From NCBI GenBank assembly GCA_963708185.1, contig OY970195.1, forward strand, positions 864,001 to 928,000: a stretch of DNA of 64,000 nucleotides, given 5' to 3'. Positions 61,952-64,000 of the stretch are shown here, piece by piece. Both the position numbers and the translations under genes were made by a program. The first letter of the stretch is position 1. The number at the start of each line of letters is the position of its first letter. The notes under the pieces are model-generated. The model was not told the origin of the DNA. It searched no databases and was given only the letters and a program-made list of their open reading frames with translations. The DNA comes from Candidatus Peregrinibacteria bacterium (GTDB taxonomy: Bacteria > Patescibacteriota > Gracilibacteria > UBA1369).

Positions 61952-62988
61952 GCCGTTTGCATTGGTGATGTTGGGGGAGTCGGCTGTGAAGGAGGTTCCA
62001 TTGTTTTTTGCATCCCGCCTGCCATTTCAGCTTTGCCCATCAGTGCTTTTTTCATGAAGGAGTAACCGAAAATCATTGAAAAAGTCCCGACGAGCAGGCT
62101 CGGAATGATTCCCACATAGACCGTCATGTATTGAATATAGCTCAAAGAAGACGCCAGGTCCGTTGGCATGGGGAAGACCATTCCGATAATCTGTGCAATA
62201 AGCTGATTCAGGATGACGGCAACGATTCCCACCAATAACGACATCAAAACATAGTTCCAGAAAATTTTTCCGAGCATTCCCCGGGAAAGTTCGATGCTTT
62301 CATGCATGGCTTCTTTGTTTGAGATCTTCTTGGAAAGAAGAATTGGGAAAGCAAACGCGACTTTGCAGAATCTGCGAATAATGAAAACAGCAACAACGAT
62401 CATGACGAGCGGCGTCCATGATGCCACGTAATTGATGTACGTCTGAACCGTTGGAGAGAAAAGGGCGGTTCCATCGCCGGAGATTGCCGCGCCGAATATT
62501 CCTAAAACCATCACCACTGCCAACATCATAAAAATCCAGGCTCCAGTGTACAAAAAAATTCTGATACTGAGCCAGGATGAAGCACCAAGTTCCTTGAGGG
62601 CGTCACTGATGGTCTGTCCAAAAGGAATTTTCCCTTGGGTGTCCGCATAGTACGCACCACGCAAGATGGCGTTGATCCCAAGAAGCTGGATGAGCCAGCC
62701 TAAAACGACGGCAAGAATGACTCCGCCGGCCAGCATCCATATATTGAGATTTTGCAGAAGGGAACCTCCGTTTGCAGCAGATGTCGCTGCGGCATTTATC
62801 CCTACGGCTCCAAAAATAACCAACTGAAAAATAGCGGTAAGTATAACGGGCAAAACGAAAAGTCCCAGAAAGGGGAAGAAGTTTTTGATGTAGAGGTTCC
62901 AGGTTTCTTTTAAAACCGGACCAAGGTTCGTTTGTTTTGAAGTGTACTTCTCTTCGTGTTGATCTTTGGGTTGATTTTGAGCATCCAT
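61948..62988 (-). CDS. Hypothetical polytopic membrane protein
   Basis: 346 aa with about six TMs. Confidence 0.8.
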   Translation of the reverse strand: MDAQNQPKDQHEEKYTSKQTNLGPVLKETWNLYIKNFFPFLGLFVLPVILTAIFQLVIFGAVGINAAATSAANGGSLLQNLNIWMLAGGVILAVVLGWLIQLLGINAILRGAYYADTQGKIPFGQTISDALKELGASSWLSIRIFLYTGAWIFMMLAVVMVLGIFGAAISGDGTALFSPTVQTYINYVASWTPLVMIVVAVFIIRRFCKVAFAFPILLSKKISNKEAMHESIELSRGMLGKIFWNYVLMSLLVGIVAVILNQLIAQIIGMVFPMPTDLASSLSYIQYMTVYVGIIPSLLVGTFSMIFGYSFMKKALMGKAEMAGGMQKTMEPPSQPTPPTSPMQTA

Positions 62989-63114
62989 AAATGCGGGGTG
63001 AGGAAATTTAGATCATTGTACAATAATCGCAATTTTGCTTCAACTTGAGCTCTTTTTAAGGCATTGCCGTGAAAGCTCCGGGAGGGTAGGTTTGCTGTGT
63101 CACTAACGGTTTTT

Positions 63115-64000
63115 ATGAGTAAGATCCAACAACTTCCTGAACACCTCATCAATCAGATTGCAGCGGGTGAAGTGGTGGAGCGTCCTGCATCGGTGGTGAA
63201 AGAACTTCTTGAGAACTCTTTGGACGCGGGAGCAAAAAAAATTATCATTGAAGTGAGCGGCGGGGGTGACAGTTTTTTGCGCATCACGGATGACGGAAGC
63301 GGTATGGACCGCGAGGATGCGGTCCTGGCTTTTGAACGCCACGCCACCAGTAAAATCGCGACGACCGACGATCTTTTTACGATTCACACGCTGGGTTTCC
63401 GCGGCGAAGCGATCGCGAGTATTGCTTCGGTTTCCTCCGTGACGCTCCAGACAAAAAAAAGAGGAGAAATGGAAGGGACGCTGGTGATAGCCGAAGGAGG
63501 AAAAATTTCCAAAATCCAGCCGATAGGCACCCCCGAAGGCACGCAGATCGAAGTGCAGAATCTTTTCTTTAACACTCCCGCCCGAAAAAAATATCTTAAG
63601 AGCGACTCTACGGAATACCAGCACATTCTTGATACCGTGACCTGGATCGCATTGGCTTTTTGCCATGTTTCTTTCCGTGTTATTCACGATGGAAAACTTG
63701 TTTTTGACCTTCCCGGCGTTGAGGACGAATTCACGCGGATCCGCACGCTCTTTGGCAAGACAATCGCCGATGATCTTATTCCCGTTTTTTACGGGCATTC
63801 ACAGATCCAGCTTAAGGGTTTTATCGGCAAGCCCGTCCTTGCAAGGTCGAATCGCAATTTTCAATATCTTTTCGTCAACGACCGCGAAGTGAAATCGCAC
63901 GTGCTGGGTTATGCCGTCAAACAAAGTTATGCTTCCCTTTTGCCCAAGGAAAAATATCCTGTCTTCTTTCTGTACTTCGACATTGATCCTTCGATGGTGG
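63115..64000 (+). CDS. mutL: DNA mismatch repair protein MutL, partial (runs off the window)
   Basis: Manual translation gives MSKIQQLPEHLINQIAAGEVVERPASVVKELLENSLDAGA...DDGSGM...HATSK...TLGFRGEA. Confidence 0.98.
   Translation, partial: MSKIQQLPEHLINQIAAGEVVERPASVVKELLENSLDAGAKKIIIEVSGGGDSFLRITDDGSGMDREDAVLAFERHATSKIATTDDLFTIHTLGFRGEAIASIASVSSVTLQTKKRGEMEGTLVIAEGGKISKIQPIGTPEGTQIEVQNLFFNTPARKKYLKSDSTEYQHILDTVTWIALAFCHVSFRVIHDGKLVFDLPGVEDEFTRIRTLFGKTIADDLIPVFYGHSQIQLKGFIGKPVLARSNRNFQYLFVNDREVKSHVLGYAVKQSYASLLPKEKYPVFFLYFDIDPSMV

Noticed and set aside
63103-63798. 231-aa minus-strand ORF
   Set aside because: It is antisense to mutL, which is open on the plus strand from 63115.

Overview
Gene-dense chromosomal segment of a bacterium that looks like CPR/Patescibacteria, most consistent with Peregrinibacteria (inference). 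The supporting signs are the general lack of Shine-Dalgarno motifs, TGA used as stop, a CPR-type VirB6-like membrane protein, SLH proteins and de novo purine genes. The window holds two secreted fibre-like proteins, an O-antigen-ligase-family protein, a complete F0F1 ATP synthase operon (atpBEFHAGDC) and a 10.5-kb block of five co-oriented large hypothetical genes around the VirB6-like protein. It also holds purL/purH/purN plus a tandem archaeal-type purP pair, rpsF-ssb-rpsR, a LysM/M23 peptidase, yidD, uppP, a CofE-like ligase, two MscS channels, lspA, ftsW-murG, lemA, lexA, tRNA-Thr(CGT), two SLH proteins, mutS and a partial mutL. The most unusual spot is 41.2-42.6 kb. There an unannotated, promoter- and terminator-flanked multi-helix RNA is followed by a tRNA-like CCA-ending cloverleaf, and both converge on a gene whose 3' end resembles a DGR variable region. 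A candidate LexA operator (GGTGAGT-N4-ACTCACC) sits in the lexA promoter spacer. All calls come from reading the sequence; no database searches or folding programs were run.
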